From Gammaproteobacteria bacterium (GTDB lineage: Bacteria; Pseudomonadota; Gammaproteobacteria; Poriferisulfidales; GCA-002705445), in contig JBJKYB010000002.1 of assembly GCA_045561235.1 (NCBI GenBank), forward strand, positions 874,942 through 938,941: DNA of 64,000 bases, in the 5' to 3' direction. Positions within the stretch are counted from its first letter, which is position 1, and each line of letters begins with the position of its first letter. Position numbers and translations under genes: made by a program. Positions 56,703-64,000 of the stretch are shown piece after piece. A model generated the notes under the pieces. The model saw nothing but the letters and a program-made list of their open reading frames with translations, did not search any database and was not told the origin of the DNA.

Positions 56703-58007
56703 ATGGATAGAAAAAAACAAATCAAGCAGCTAGAAGACGAATGGAAAAATAATCCTCGATGGAAGAACGTTAAAAGAGGTTATACTGCTGAAGATGTTGT
56801 AAGACTCAGAGGTTCATTTGTGCCGGAATGCAGTTTAGCAAAAAAAGGTGCAGATAAGCTGTGGTCGCTAGTTAATGGTAGCGCTAAAAAAGGTTATGTA
56901 AACAGTTTAGGAGCATTAACAGGTGGACAGGCAATGCAACAAGTTAAAGCCGGTATTGAGGCAATTTACTTATCTGGTTGGCAAGTTGCAGCGGATGCAA
57001 ATACATCAGAAACAATGTATCCCGACCAATCACTTTATGCTTATGATTCTGTTCCAACCGTAGTAAGAAGAATTAATAATAATTTTAAAAGAGCTGATGA
57101 AATTCAATGGGCAAAAGATATCAATCCTGGCCATAAAGACTATATAGATTATTTTGCACCAATTGTAGCTGATGCCGAGGCTGGATTTGGTGGCGTGCTA
57201 AATGCATTTGAATTAATGAAAAATATGATAATTAACGGAGCCGCAGGTGTACATTTTGAAGATCAATTAGCAGCTGCAAAGAAATGTGGTCATATGGGTG
57301 GTAAAGTTTTAGTACCATCGCAAGAAGCTGTTCAAAAATTAATTGCGGCAAGATTAGCTTCAGACGTAATGGGCGTCCCAACGTTATTATTAGCAAGAAC
57401 AGATGCCGAAGCTGCAAACCTAATAACTTCTGATGCTGACGAGTACGACAAGCCATTCTTAACTGGAGAAAGAACTGCTGAGGGTTTCTATAGAACGAAA
57501 AATGGAATAGATCAAGCTATATCAAGGGGTTTAGCTTATGCTCCATATGCAGATTTAATTTGGTGTGAAACAGGAACTCCTGATTTGGAATTTGCAAAAA
57601 CTTTTGCTGAGGCTATACGAGCTGAACATCCAGATCAATTATTAGCTTATAATTGTTCACCTTCATTTAATTGGAAGAAAAATTTAGACGATGCTACTAT
57701 TGCAAAATTCCAAGACGAATTGAGTGCAATGGGCTATAAATACCAATTTATAACTTTAGCAGGTGTTCATAATATGTGGTATAACATGTTCGATCTTGCT
57801 CATTCATATGCAGCTGGCGACGGGATGAAACATTATGTTGAAAAGGTCCAAGAGCCAGAGTTTGCTGCTGCTGACAAAGGATACTCATTTGTTAGCCATC
57901 AACAGGAGGTTGGTGCAGGTTATTTTGATGACGTTACGACTGTAATTCAGGGTGGAGAATCATCTGTTACAGCTTTAACGGGTTCAACTGAAGAAGAACA
58001 GTTTTAA
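56703..58007 (+). CDS. aceA: Isocitrate lyase
   Basis: Signature [13 protein letters not shown] plus full-length collinearity. Confidence 0.95.
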   Translation: MDRKKQIKQLEDEWKNNPRWKNVKRGYTAEDVVRLRGSFVPECSLAKKGADKLWSLVNGSAKKGYVNSLGALTGGQAMQQVKAGIEAIYLSGWQVAADANTSETMYPDQSLYAYDSVPTVVRRINNNFKRADEIQWAKDINPGHKDYIDYFAPIVADAEAGFGGVLNAFELMKNMIINGAAGVHFEDQLAAAKKCGHMGGKVLVPSQEAVQKLIAARLASDVMGVPTLLLARTDAEAANLITSDADEYDKPFLTGERTAEGFYRTKNGIDQAISRGLAYAPYADLIWCETGTPDLEFAKTFAEAIRAEHPDQLLAYNCSPSFNWKKNLDDATIAKFQDELSAMGYKYQFITLAGVHNMWYNMFDLAHSYAAGDGMKHYVEKVQEPEFAAADKGYSFVSHQQEVGAGYFDDVTTVIQGGESSVTALTGSTEEEQF

Positions 58008-58042
58008 AATAACAATTTTACATAACTAGGAAGAGTTATATT

Positions 58043-59368
58043 ATGTTTAAACATATAGAAATTCCAAACAATGGAAGCAAAATTTCTTTTGATGAAAAGA
58101 ATAATCTTGTTGTTCCCAATAATCCAATAATTCCTTTTATTCAAGGAGATGGTATTGGTTTGGATATAACCCCAGTTATGCAAAATGTTGTTGATAGCGC
58201 AGTTGAAAAAGCTTATGGCGGTGAAAAAAAAATTTATTGGATGGAAGTTTATGCTGGTGATAAAGCTGTTGAAAAATATGGGTCGCATAATTATTTACCA
58301 AAAGAAACATTTGATGCCATTGAGGAATTTGTTGTTGCAATTAAAGGCCCTTTGACTACTCCTGTCGGTGAAGGTTTGAGGTCTTTAAACGTTGCAATAA
58401 GACAAGAGATGGATTTATTCGCCTGTGTTAGACCTATAAAATATTTTCCTGGCACCAGAACGCCATTAAAAAGTTCAAGTACTACCGATATGGTAATTTT
58501 TAGGGAAAATACAGAGGATATATATGCTGGAATTGAGTGGGCTGCTCAAACAGACGATGTTAAGAAAGTCTTAAACTTCTTAATAACAGAAATGAAAGTC
58601 AGTGGAATTAGATTTCCTGACAGTTCTGGTATAGGTATAAAACCGGTTTCAGAAGAAGGCTCAATTAGATTAATAAGAAAAGCAATTGAGTATGCAATAG
58701 ATAATGATAGAAAATCAGTATCATTAGTCCATAAAGGAAATATCATGAAGTTTACTGAAGGGGCTTTTAGAAATTGGGGTTATGAGCTTGCAGTTAATGA
58801 GTTCAATGGCGAGATAATTGATGACGGACCGTGGTGTAAAATTATAAATCCGAATAATGGAAATGAGATTATTATAAAAGATGTTATAGCTGATAACTTT
58901 CTACAACAAATACTTTTACGTCCCGAGGATTATGATGTAATTGCAACCTTAAATTTGAATGGAGATTATATTTCTGATGCTTTGGCTGCACAAGTTGGAG
59001 GTATTGGAATAGCCCCCGGCGCAAATATATCTAATAAAGTTGCCGTTTTTGAAGCTACTCATGGTTCTGCTCCAAAGTATGCTGGAAAAAATAGGGTAAA
59101 TCCCGGTTCAATAATCTTATCAGCCGAAATGATGCTTCGTTATATAGGATGGACCGAGGCGGCAGACAAAGTCATGAATGGTGTCGCTCAAGCAATAGCA
59201 AATAAAACTGTAACTTACGACTTAGCAAGAGTGAGAGCAGGTATGCAGACACTTGTGAAAAAACATGAGCACGGTCAGGAGATACGAAAAGATCTTGAAG
59301 AATTAATGCCAGGTGCTACATTAGTTACATGTAGTGGATTTGGAGATGCTATTATTGATTGCATGTAA
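58043..59368 (+). CDS. icd: NADP-dependent isocitrate dehydrogenase (homodimeric Icd type)
   Basis: Near-collinear with E. coli Icd ([61 protein letters not shown]-terminal GDAIIDCM). Confidence 0.96.
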   Translation: MFKHIEIPNNGSKISFDEKNNLVVPNNPIIPFIQGDGIGLDITPVMQNVVDSAVEKAYGGEKKIYWMEVYAGDKAVEKYGSHNYLPKETFDAIEEFVVAIKGPLTTPVGEGLRSLNVAIRQEMDLFACVRPIKYFPGTRTPLKSSSTTDMVIFRENTEDIYAGIEWAAQTDDVKKVLNFLITEMKVSGIRFPDSSGIGIKPVSEEGSIRLIRKAIEYAIDNDRKSVSLVHKGNIMKFTEGAFRNWGYELAVNEFNGEIIDDGPWCKIINPNNGNEIIIKDVIADNFLQQILLRPEDYDVIATLNLNGDYISDALAAQVGGIGIAPGANISNKVAVFEATHGSAPKYAGKNRVNPGSIILSAEMMLRYIGWTEAADKVMNGVAQAIANKTVTYDLARVRAGMQTLVKKHEHGQEIRKDLEELMPGATLVTCSGFGDAIIDCM

Positions 59369-59380
59369 TTTTATTAATAT

Positions 59381-59716
59381 ATGAGCCAAACTTTTAAAAT
59401 AACTTTTTTTAACAATAATTCTGTTTATGAGATATATTCAAAGGAAGTGTATCAATCTGATATGTATGGATTTATTGTAATAGAAAATATTGTATTTGGA
59501 GAAAATACAAGTGTCGTTGTCGATCCAACAGAGGAAAAATTAAAAACAGAATTTAAGAATGTAAAAAGATTTTTCATACCAGTTCATAACATTATTCGTA
59601 TAGACGAAGTTGAAAAAGAAGGTGCTGCAAAGATAACCTCAACTGACACAAATATAAAAAATTTTCCCGCTGGAAATTTTACAATTCCTCCAAATACTAA
59701 TAATACTGAAAGCTAA
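59381..59716 (+). CDS. Conserved hypothetical protein, resembles DUF1820 family
   Basis: YEIYSKEVYQSDMYGFIVIENIVFGENTSVVVDPTEEKLKTEFKNVKRFFIPVHNIIRIDEVEKEGAAKI matches recalled DUF1820 pattern; 12 nt after icd. Confidence 0.5.
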   Translation: MSQTFKITFFNNNSVYEIYSKEVYQSDMYGFIVIENIVFGENTSVVVDPTEEKLKTEFKNVKRFFIPVHNIIRIDEVEKEGAAKITSTDTNIKNFPAGNFTIPPNTNNTES

Positions 59717-59762
59717 TAATTTCCAATACATTCTTCAATGTATGATAATATCAAATGTCTTT

Positions 59763-59849
59763 GGTGAGTTGGCAGAGTGGTCGAATGCACTACCTTGGAA
59801 AGGTAGCAAACGAGTAATCGTTTCATAGGTTCGAATCCTATACTCACCG
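59763..59849 (+). tRNA. tRNA-Ser (anticodon GGA), type II; CCA not encoded
   Basis: GGTGAGTTGGCAGAGTGG...CCTTGGAAAGG...GGTTCGAATCC...ACTCACCG; acceptor stem GGTGAGT/ACTCACC; similar to E. coli serW. Confidence 0.88.
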
Positions 59850-59877
59850 AGCTATTTAATTTTCTTAATATTAGTAT

Positions 59878-60339
59878 ATGGACGATAAACAAATAAAATT
59901 ACAAGAATCAAATAGGAGTGAGCTTGCAAAACAAGGCTCAGACTTTTTAGTTCCTTTTATAAGTTCTATAATTAATTTATTAACATCTCATGAAATAACT
60001 ACATTAGAAATTAAAAAGCAACTTAAGAAACTAAAAATAAATAATATTAAAACTGAGAATAATCAAATAGAATCACAAGTTAGAGTCTTAGATTTTAATG
60101 TTTATATTTTATATGTTGGTGTTAAGAATTATATTTTAAAAGTTGAAGGCTTAGATCATTATAATGGTTTTTCATTCATGCAAACGAATAAAGGAATCAT
60201 TGTTCATGATAACGTGGCGGATAATCCGCAATTACTAGCAAAAGATTTAAAAAATTTATTTTTAAAAAATTATAAAAGCCCATACCCGATTTCAGATGTG
60301 TTTCTAGATTTTATTAATTCGAAGACTTATCGAAAATAA
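59878..60339 (+). CDS. Hypothetical protein (153 aa), no recognisable motif
   Basis: Uninterrupted ORF in conserved + orientation, 29 nt after tRNA-Ser; AT-rich; no family recognised. Confidence 0.4.
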   Translation: MDDKQIKLQESNRSELAKQGSDFLVPFISSIINLLTSHEITTLEIKKQLKKLKINNIKTENNQIESQVRVLDFNVYILYVGVKNYILKVEGLDHYNGFSFMQTNKGIIVHDNVADNPQLLAKDLKNLFLKNYKSPYPISDVFLDFINSKTYRK

Positions 60340-60351
60340 ATAAATTTACAA

Positions 60352-61272
60352 ATGGATATTTTATTCTTAATATTTATTAAAATTATACCTTTATATATTT
60401 TTGTGATAATTGGGTTTATAGCCGGCAGATACCTAAATATTAATGCGAAAGGAATTGGAAAGTTAATAATTTATATCATAGCCCCATTTGTTATATTTGA
60501 AGCAATAACACACTCAAATTTATCTTTAAGCACATTTAGTCTTCCAATTATAATTTTCTTAATGTGCTCTCTAATTTCTTATTTTTTCTATAAATATGGA
60601 AAATATTTATATGGTGATGCGAGAGCAAACGTTCTTTCTGTTGTTGCATCTGAGGGTAATACTGGTTATTTTGGAATTCCAATAGCACTTTTGCTTTTTA
60701 ATCAAAATGTATTTGGAATTTATATTTTAGGTACTCTTGGAGTTACAATATTTGAAAATACAGTTGTTTACTACCTAACAGCTAGAGGAAGATATACTGT
60801 AAAAGAATCATTTAATAGATTAAAAAAACTTCCAGCGATATACGCATTTTTATTCGCAATCATCTTTTTATATTTTGAATTAAAACTACCTGTATTTATG
60901 GACAACTTTGTTATTAGTATGCAAGGAGCTTATGTAACTTTGGGTATGATGCTCATAGGCTTCGGAATTTCGTCAATTAAAAATTTATCTTTTGATTATA
61001 AATTTATAAGTCTTTCTTTTCTTGGAAAATTTGTAGTCTGGCCGTTACTAATGTTAATTTTGGTCCTAATTGATCATTACTTATTTCAATTTTATACAAT
61101 TGAAATTTATCGTGCATTTATGTTGTTATCTATTGTGCCTATTGCTGCTAACACCGTTATCTTTGCAACAGCACTTGATGTCTTTCCTGAAAAAGTTTCT
61201 TCAGCTGTATTATTCTCGACAATTTTCGCTCTCTTATATGTTCCAATTATAATTGTCATTTTATTTAAATAA
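60352..61272 (+). CDS. AEC (auxin efflux carrier)-family membrane transport protein
   Basis: ~10 TM segments in two repeats, 306 aa, composition typical of PF03547-like permeases; assignment by topology only. Confidence 0.5.
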   Translation: MDILFLIFIKIIPLYIFVIIGFIAGRYLNINAKGIGKLIIYIIAPFVIFEAITHSNLSLSTFSLPIIIFLMCSLISYFFYKYGKYLYGDARANVLSVVASEGNTGYFGIPIALLLFNQNVFGIYILGTLGVTIFENTVVYYLTARGRYTVKESFNRLKKLPAIYAFLFAIIFLYFELKLPVFMDNFVISMQGAYVTLGMMLIGFGISSIKNLSFDYKFISLSFLGKFVVWPLLMLILVLIDHYLFQFYTIEIYRAFMLLSIVPIAANTVIFATALDVFPEKVSSAVLFSTIFALLYVPIIIVILFK

Positions 61273-61312
61273 TATGCTAATGAAATCATATTTGTGATAG
61301 CATAAATATGAT

Positions 61313-62896
61313 ATGAGTAATACCGTACTAGCAACAAAATGGCGTCCAAAATTATTTTCTGACCTTATAGGACAAGACCCTGTCGTTACCGCTCTAGTAA
61401 ATAGTCTTGACAATCAAAGACTTCATCATACTTACTTATTTACTGGCACAAGAGGAGTTGGCAAGACCACCTTAGCCAGAATTTTAGCTAAATGTTTGAA
61501 TTGTGAAACTAATGGGGTTAGTTCAGAACCATGTGGTAAATGTGCAAGTTGTTTGGCAATAGATGCTGGTCAATTTGTGGATCTTTATGAAGTTGATGCT
61601 GCTTCAAGGACAAAAGTTGAAGATACAAGAGAGCTTTTAGATAATGTTCAATATTTGCCTACACAAGGGAGATATAAAATATATCTTATAGATGAGGTAC
61701 ACATGCTATCTACACATAGCTTTAATGCTTTATTGAAAACTTTAGAAGAGCCACCAGAGCATGTAAAATTCATATTAGCAACAACTGATCCGCAAAAAAT
61801 ACCAAGCACCATATTGTCTAGATGCTTACATTTTAATTTAAATAGGATATCGCAAGATATCATACAAAATCAGATAAAAAAGATATTAGACAACGAAAAT
61901 ATTAATTTTGATGACTTGGCAATAAAAAATATATCAAAAATTGCTGATGGAAGTATGAGGGATGCTCTAAGTATAGCTGAGCAATGTATATCTCATGGTG
62001 ATAATAAAATTACGTATGAAAATATATGTAAAATTTTATGTTTGATACCATCAGAAAAAATAAACGAGATTATTGAAAAAATTATTTTTAATAAAACCGA
62101 TGAACTAATGAGTTTAATTGATCAAATGTATTATGAGTCAGTAGATTTCAAATATATTTTAGAAGAGCTTATCTCAATTTTTCATCAAACAGCACTTTAT
62201 AAAGTTACAAATTTATTAAGTAATAATATATATGATAAAAGTATAAGAGATTTATCAGAAAAGTTTAATGAAGAGGAAATACAAATATTATATCAAGTAG
62301 GTGTTACAAGTTTAAAAGATCTTGAATATGCTCCAGACTACAAAAGTGGTTTTGAAATGGCACTTATAAGAATGCTAATGTTTACGCCATTCAATTTATC
62401 AAACCTAAGTGAAATTAAAGATAAATCAACCCAAGAAGATATAAAAAAAGACCAAAATTTATCTAAAAAAAGAATTGATAAAACAGTTAAAATAAAAGAG
62501 AGTGAATTATTATCTATAGAAAACAATTGGGCAATAATTATTAAAAGGCTTGAAATCGACTCTATATCAAAAAATTTAGCAAATAATATAAGTTTTGATT
62601 TTAAAAATGAAAATTGCTTAAATTTTCTTATTAGTAAAGATTTAGAAGGAATTGTTACTACCAATTCAAAAGAAAAACTTGAAGAGGCCTTATCAAATTA
62701 TTTTAAAAAAAATATAGATATTAAGATATGCGTTTCTGATAAAAATTTATCAACTATTCAAAAAAATGATGAAAAAGATTACAACGATAAAATATCTAGT
62801 GCAAATAAAAAAATTGAAGATGATGATTTTATTAAAGCAATTAAAGAAAAGTTTAATGCAAAGAGTATTGAAAATTCTGTGCAAATTGATGATTAA
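61313..62896 (+). CDS. dnaX: DNA polymerase III subunit tau (gamma/tau)
   Basis: KWRPKLFSDLIGQ..., Walker A GTRGVGKTT, zinc module CGKCASC, IDEVHMLS; divergent AT-rich C-terminal half. Confidence 0.93.
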   Translation: MSNTVLATKWRPKLFSDLIGQDPVVTALVNSLDNQRLHHTYLFTGTRGVGKTTLARILAKCLNCETNGVSSEPCGKCASCLAIDAGQFVDLYEVDAASRTKVEDTRELLDNVQYLPTQGRYKIYLIDEVHMLSTHSFNALLKTLEEPPEHVKFILATTDPQKIPSTILSRCLHFNLNRISQDIIQNQIKKILDNENINFDDLAIKNISKIADGSMRDALSIAEQCISHGDNKITYENICKILCLIPSEKINEIIEKIIFNKTDELMSLIDQMYYESVDFKYILEELISIFHQTALYKVTNLLSNNIYDKSIRDLSEKFNEEEIQILYQVGVTSLKDLEYAPDYKSGFEMALIRMLMFTPFNLSNLSEIKDKSTQEDIKKDQNLSKKRIDKTVKIKESELLSIENNWAIIIKRLEIDSISKNLANNISFDFKNENCLNFLISKDLEGIVTTNSKEKLEEALSNYFKKNIDIKICVSDKNLSTIQKNDEKDYNDKISSANKKIEDDDFIKAIKEKFNAKSIENSVQIDD

Positions 62897-62913
62897 ATAA
62901 AAGGAGATTAATT

Positions 62914-63246
62914 ATGCTAAAAGGGCTAGGCGGTATGGGTGATATGATGGGCTTAATGAAACAAGCTCAAAAAATGAAGAAAGATATGAAAAAAATAAAA
63001 AAAGAGATTTCAAAAACTAATGTTACAACTTCAGATAAAGATAATAATATTACGATTATAATGAATGGCGATCATATTATTCAAAAAATAACTTTATCAG
63101 ACGAAATTAAAAATTCTGATACAAAAAAACTCGAGTTATTATTAAAAGAAGTAGTCAATCAGGCCTCTCGAGATATTGATAAAATGTCTTCTGAGAAAAT
63201 GTCTGTACTTTCAAAGCAAGGTTTGCCAACCGATCTACCGTTCTAA
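62914..63246 (+). CDS. ybaB: Nucleoid-associated protein YbaB/EbfC
   Basis: MLKGLGGMGDMMGLMKQAQKM... canonical start; dnaX-ybaB-recR order. Confidence 0.9.
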   Translation: MLKGLGGMGDMMGLMKQAQKMKKDMKKIKKEISKTNVTTSDKDNNITIIMNGDHIIQKITLSDEIKNSDTKKLELLLKEVVNQASRDIDKMSSEKMSVLSKQGLPTDLPF

Positions 63247-63250
63247 TACA

Positions 63251-63850
63251 GTGGAAAAAAAGAAAACATTAATTGATGACTTAATAGGTGCCTTAACTTG
63301 TTTACCTGGTGTGGGCAAAAAGACTGCGCAAAGAATGACTTACCATTTGCTTCAACGTGGAAAAGAAGATGCATTAAATTTATCTGACATTCTTAAGGAA
63401 ACTGTTTTAAAAACTCGAAACTGCAAATCTTGTCGTACATTATGCCAAGGTGAATATTGTGAGATATGTTCAGATCCCTCAAGAAATGATGATGTGTTGT
63501 GTATTGTTGAAAGCCCTGCAGATATTATGAATATTGAAAATAGTACAAATTATCATGGAAAATATTTCGTCCTTAATGGAAAATTATCTCCACTTGATGG
63601 TATTGGCCCAAATGAAATCGGCCTAGATATGTTAGACGAAAAGCTTTCATCTGGCAAAGTTAAAGAATTAATACTAGCTGTAAACTACACTGTTGAAAGT
63701 GACGTAACCGCACACGTTATAAGTAATATTGCTTTAAAAAATTCTATAAAAGTAACAAGACTAGCTCAAGGTGTTCCGGTAGGAGGTGAGCTCGAATATC
63801 TTGATCAAAGAACATTATCTAAGGCGTTTGAGAAAAGGACTTTATATTAA
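63251..63850 (+). CDS. recR: Recombination protein RecR (GTG 63251 preferred; ORF track start 63176 overlaps ybaB)
   Basis: HhH LTCLPGVGKKTAQRM, C4 zinc finger (CKSCRTLCQGEYCEICS), Toprim VVESPADIMNIE, C-terminal GVPVGGELEYLD. Confidence 0.9.
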   Translation: MEKKKTLIDDLIGALTCLPGVGKKTAQRMTYHLLQRGKEDALNLSDILKETVLKTRNCKSCRTLCQGEYCEICSDPSRNDDVLCIVESPADIMNIENSTNYHGKYFVLNGKLSPLDGIGPNEIGLDMLDEKLSSGKVKELILAVNYTVESDVTAHVISNIALKNSIKVTRLAQGVPVGGELEYLDQRTLSKAFEKRTLY

Positions 63851-63892
63851 TGTATTTCGGTAATATTAATAGTGATATGATATGTTTAAATT

Positions 63893-64000
63893 ATGAAGAA
63901 AAATTCTAAAAATTTAATATGGATTGATTTGGAGATGACAGGTCTTGATACTTCAAACGATAGAATAATTGAAATAGCGACAATAATTTCAGATAAAGAA
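63893..64000 (+). CDS. orn: Oligoribonuclease, N-terminal fragment (continues past window end)
   Basis: [26 protein letters not shown] matches Orn N-terminus (DEDDh exonuclease motif I). Confidence 0.8.
   Translation, partial: MKKNSKNLIWIDLEMTGLDTSNDRIIEIATIISDKE

Noticed and set aside
61876-61882. A AAA AAG heptamer in the dnaX zero frame, identical to the E. coli gamma-subunit -1 frameshift slippery site
   Set aside because: It sits at codon about 188-190 of 527, inside the ATPase module. A -1 shift would terminate after 7 codons and give a non-functional fragment. AAAAAAG is expected by chance in a genome this AT-rich, and no downstream stimulatory hairpin is apparent.

Overview
The window reads as a compact, AT-rich (about 30% GC by eye) gammaproteobacterial chromosome segment with very high coding density and nearly all genes on the + strand. 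Gene order follows well-known Escherichia/Pseudomonas synteny blocks. These are dnaK-dnaJ / dapB-carAB / greA-rlmE-ftsH-glmM-tpiA-secG-tRNA-Leu, a complete 14-gene NADH dehydrogenase I operon nuoA-N with nuoC and nuoD unfused, initiator tRNA-fMet-typA-rimP-nusA-infB-rbfA-truB-rpsO-pnp-msrB, divergent xseA / guaBA, tadA beside a lytic transglycosylase, aceA-icd, and dnaX-ybaB-recR-orn. No CRISPR array, integrase, transposase or phage genes are visible. Candidate accessory content sits in a few short patches, several with visibly higher GC than the core. One is a three-gene redox module (CxxAxxC ferredoxin, GST-fold protein, 2Fe-2S/FNR reductase) plus a tiny membrane protein, wedged between msrB and xseA. 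A second is an inverse-autotransporter-like beta-barrel gene translationally coupled to a separately exported Cys/Thr-rich protein, followed by a SAM methyltransferase. A third is an orphan Fae-like (formaldehyde-activating enzyme family) gene. A fourth is a Liv-type ABC importer lacking a binding protein and headed by an adenylate-forming-enzyme homolog with degenerate catalytic motifs. Also notable are a DnaJ ortholog that has lost its Cys-rich zinc-finger domain in frame, and a promoter plus tandem hairpin leader upstream of rimP-nusA-infB. All functional calls rest on recalled family motifs and conserved synteny. No database search was run.
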